DNA of 64,000 nucleotides from Felis catus (Eukaryota): positions 4,774,001 to 4,838,000 of the forward strand of contig NC_058368.1 in assembly GCF_018350175.1 (NCBI RefSeq), read 5' to 3'. The position numbers were made by a program, and so were the translations under genes. Shown here piece by piece: positions 61,560 through 64,000 of the stretch. The notes under the pieces are model-generated. The model was not told the origin of the DNA. It made no database searches and saw only the letters and a program-made list of their open reading frames with translations. Every line of letters begins with the position of its first letter. The stretch's first letter is position 1.

Positions 61560-61876
61560 GGGGCACCTGGCTAGCTCAGCATTCTACTCTTGATCTTGGG
61601 GTAAGTTCAAGCCCCATGCTGGGCATAGAGCTCACTTAAAAAAAAAATCAGCTGAGGGGCACCTGGGTGGCTCAGTCAGTTGAGCTTCTGACTCTTGGCT
61701 TTGGCTCAGGTCATAATCTCACGGTTTCATGAGTTCGAGCCCCACCACGGGCTCTGTGCTGTCAGCAAGGAGCCTGCTTGGGATCCTCTCTCTCTCCCTC
61801 TCTCTCTGTCCCTCACCCACTCACGCTATCTCTGTCTCTCTCAACATAAATAAGTAAATTAAAAAAAAAAAAAAAA
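61560..61876 (+). mobile_element. Short SINE (61560-61648) followed by a CAN-SINE (61656-61876)
   Basis: aaaaaatcag(c/g)tgag repeated; outer aggtga(a/g)cc(c)tttg. Confidence 0.9.
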
Positions 61877-62319
61877 TCAGGTGAGCCTTTGATTGCCCCA
61901 ATGCGTGACTGGAGAGAGCTTCTAAGCCATGAGACAAGGAGGAAGGATCCAGACTCAGTCTGGAGATCTCCCTGAATTAGGAAGGAGTTGTGCTTCGGGA
62001 AGAACACGGTCTGCATACTTAAAACCACAAAATGCTAAAAAAAATTTTGTTAAATAAAACTAGAAAATGCTGCTGAGACAAAATGAGATTCAATATTGTT
62101 AGCATACCAGAGCTCCCCAAATTGATCTAAATATTCTAAACAATTCCAATCAAAATCCTGACAGTCTTTTTTTTTTTTTTTTTAGAAATTGAGAAGCTAA
62201 ATTACGTGGAAATACAAAGTAACCAGAATAGCCAAAACAACCTTGAAAGAAAAAGATGGAGGGACTGCAGTACCTAAAAAATTGAGAGAGTACAGACTGA
62301 CACATACCCGGCCAACTGA

Positions 62320-62528
62320 TTTTTTTTTATTATTTGTCAATATTTATGCCTTTTTGAGAAAGAGACAGAGCATGAGTAGAGGAGGGGCAGAGAGAGAGAC
62401 AGAATCCAAAGCAGGCTCCAGGCCCTAAGCTGTCAGCACAGAGCCTGACGCGGGGCTCGAACTCAAGGACCTCAAGATCATGATCTGAGCCAAAGTTGGA
62501 TTCTTAACCAACTGAGCCACCCAGCCAC
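62320..62528 (-). mobile_element. CAN-SINE inside an old L1
   Basis: TSD cgg(c/t)caac(t/c)gatttt. Confidence 0.92.
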
Positions 62529-62569
62529 CACGGTCAACCGATTTTGACAAAAAATGCAGACAATTCAAT

Positions 62570-62630
62570 AATATATCTATATTGATATCTATATCGATAT
62601 CGATAGTTATAGATATAGATGTAGATATCT
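62570..62630. repeat. Degenerate ATATCT/AGATAT hexamer repeat
   Basis: Read directly. Confidence 0.8.
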
Positions 62631-63109
62631 CCCTTTCAACAAATGGTGCTGAAACAAATAGAAATACATATGTTAAAAAAAAACCTGGATTCATATCTCA
62701 CCTCATATATAAAAATTAATTCAAATTGGATCATAGGCCTAAATGTAAAATCTAGATAGATAAAACTTCCGTAAGAACACATAGGAGAAATCATTGTGAT
62801 CTCGAGTAGGCAAAGGTTTCATCACACAACACTGAAAAGCACAAGCCAGAAAAGAAAAAAGTTGATAAACGGGGCTTCGTGAAAATTAAGAACTTCCGCT
62901 CTTTGAAAGACACTGTGGAGCTACAGGCTGGGAGATGACGTTTGCAAATCAGGTATCTGAGGAAGGACTTTTCCCCCAGAATATCTGAAGAAATCTCAAA
63001 GGCAGTAATTTGAAAACAATCCGATTTTTTTTTTAACGGGCAAAAGATTTGGAAAGACATTTCACAAAAGATAAATAGATGATAAGTTAGCATGTGAAAA
63101 AAAAGCTGA

Positions 63110-63222
63110 GGGGCGCCTGGCTGGCTCAGTCGGTAGAGCACCCAACTCTTGATCTCAGGGTTGTGGGTTTGAGCCCCATGCTGGGTGCAGAAAGTAGTTA
63201 AAAAAATAAATAAAATTTTAAA
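63110..63222 (+). mobile_element. Short CAN-SINE inside an old L1
   Basis: ggggcgcctggctggctcagtcggtagagc. Confidence 0.9.
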
Positions 63223-63417
63223 AATGCTCAGCACCATTAGTCATGAAGGAAATGCAAATGGAAACCTCTCTAGATAGCAGGATGCACCAATTACAATGCT
63301 GGAATTTACAAACTCATCATACCTAGCATTGTTGAGAAGGTACAGTAACTGCAACTCTCATTCACTGCTGGTGGGAATGTAAAATGGTGCAATGACTTTA
63401 GAAAAGTTTGTCAGTTA

Positions 63418-63652
63418 GGGGCACCTGAGCGGCTCAGTCGGCTGAGCATCTGACTTCGGCTCAGGTCACGGCTCAGGTCATGATCTCGCAGTTTGTGGGT
63501 TCGAGCCCCACGTCAGGCTCTGTGCTGACAGCTCGGAGCCTGGAGCCTGCTTCGGATTCTCTGTCTCCCTTTCTCTCTGCCCCTCCCCTGCTCACTCTCG
63601 GTCTTTCCCTCTCTCTCAAAAATACACAAACATTAAAAAAAATTTTAGAAAA
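63418..63652 (+). mobile_element. CAN-SINE with a 12-bp internal duplication
   Basis: Perfect TSD agaaaagtttgtcagtt. Confidence 0.95.
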
Positions 63653-63804
63653 AGAAAAGTTTGTCAGTTTCTTAAAAATTTAAATATATCTTCTAGATGG
63701 GCCAGTCATTCCATTAGCAAGTATTCCACAGGACAGAAGAAAGCATCTGTCCACGCAAAGACTTGTATATGATGCTTATAGCAGCTTTACTGGTAATAAC
63801 CAAA

Positions 63805-63863
63805 AACTAAAAACAACACAAATAAACAACACAAATAAACAACACAAAACAACTAAAAACAAC
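63805..63863 (+). repeat. Short tandem repeat of aaacaacacaaat
   Basis: About three copies, read directly. Confidence 0.85.
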
Positions 63864-63935
63864 CCTCATAGGTGACTAGATAAACAACAGAATACTATGA
63901 AGCAACATTTGATCTTCTAAAGGGGAAATTATTTT

Positions 63936-64000
63936 GGGGTCCCTGCTTGGCTCAGTCAGTGGAGCATGTGACTCTTGATCTCAGGGGTGTGGGTTCGAGC
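63936..64000 (+). mobile_element. CAN-SINE head cut by the window end
   Basis: ggggtccctgcttggctcagtcagtggagcatgtgactcttgatctc. Confidence 0.85.

Larger units (their letters stand above)
61400..63900 (+). mobile_element. Old L1M fragments (5' region and degenerate ORF2) carrying several SINE insertions
   Basis: caatcaaaatcc..agaatagccaaaacaaccttgaaa..ttcaacaaatggtgctg..gacatttcacaaaag..cattcactgctggtgggaatgtaaaatggt. Confidence 0.8.

Overview
This is mammalian genomic DNA from a carnivore, most likely a felid, judged from many young SINEC_Fc-type CAN-SINEs. It is mostly intronic or intergenic and dominated by repeats. I count about 60 tRNA-derived CAN-SINE copies (roughly 1 per kb), many with clear target-site duplications (TSDs) and several nested. 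Also present are a 3.56-kb 5'-truncated antisense L1 (16048-19606), older L1, L2 and MIR fragments, MLT1 solo LTRs, DNA-transposon fossils (Charlie1a, MER58A, MER53, MER5, Tigger2) and microsatellites. No named gene could be recognised. The best coding evidence is two frame-compatible minus-strand exons (56495-56590 and 54384-54467) that look like the 3' end of an unidentified gene. Weaker minus-strand exon candidates lie downstream, including a very clean 36-nt exon at 40560-40595. Most listed ORFs are by-products of repeats or GC content. The most distinctive observations concern insertion mechanics: three or four serial retrotranspositions at one target site, a tandem SINE pair with identical tails, multi-level nests and a fold-back scar inside the L1. 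No prokaryotic-type novel system is supported. Repeat family names come from recalled consensus sequences, not from a search, and boundaries of old repeats are approximate.
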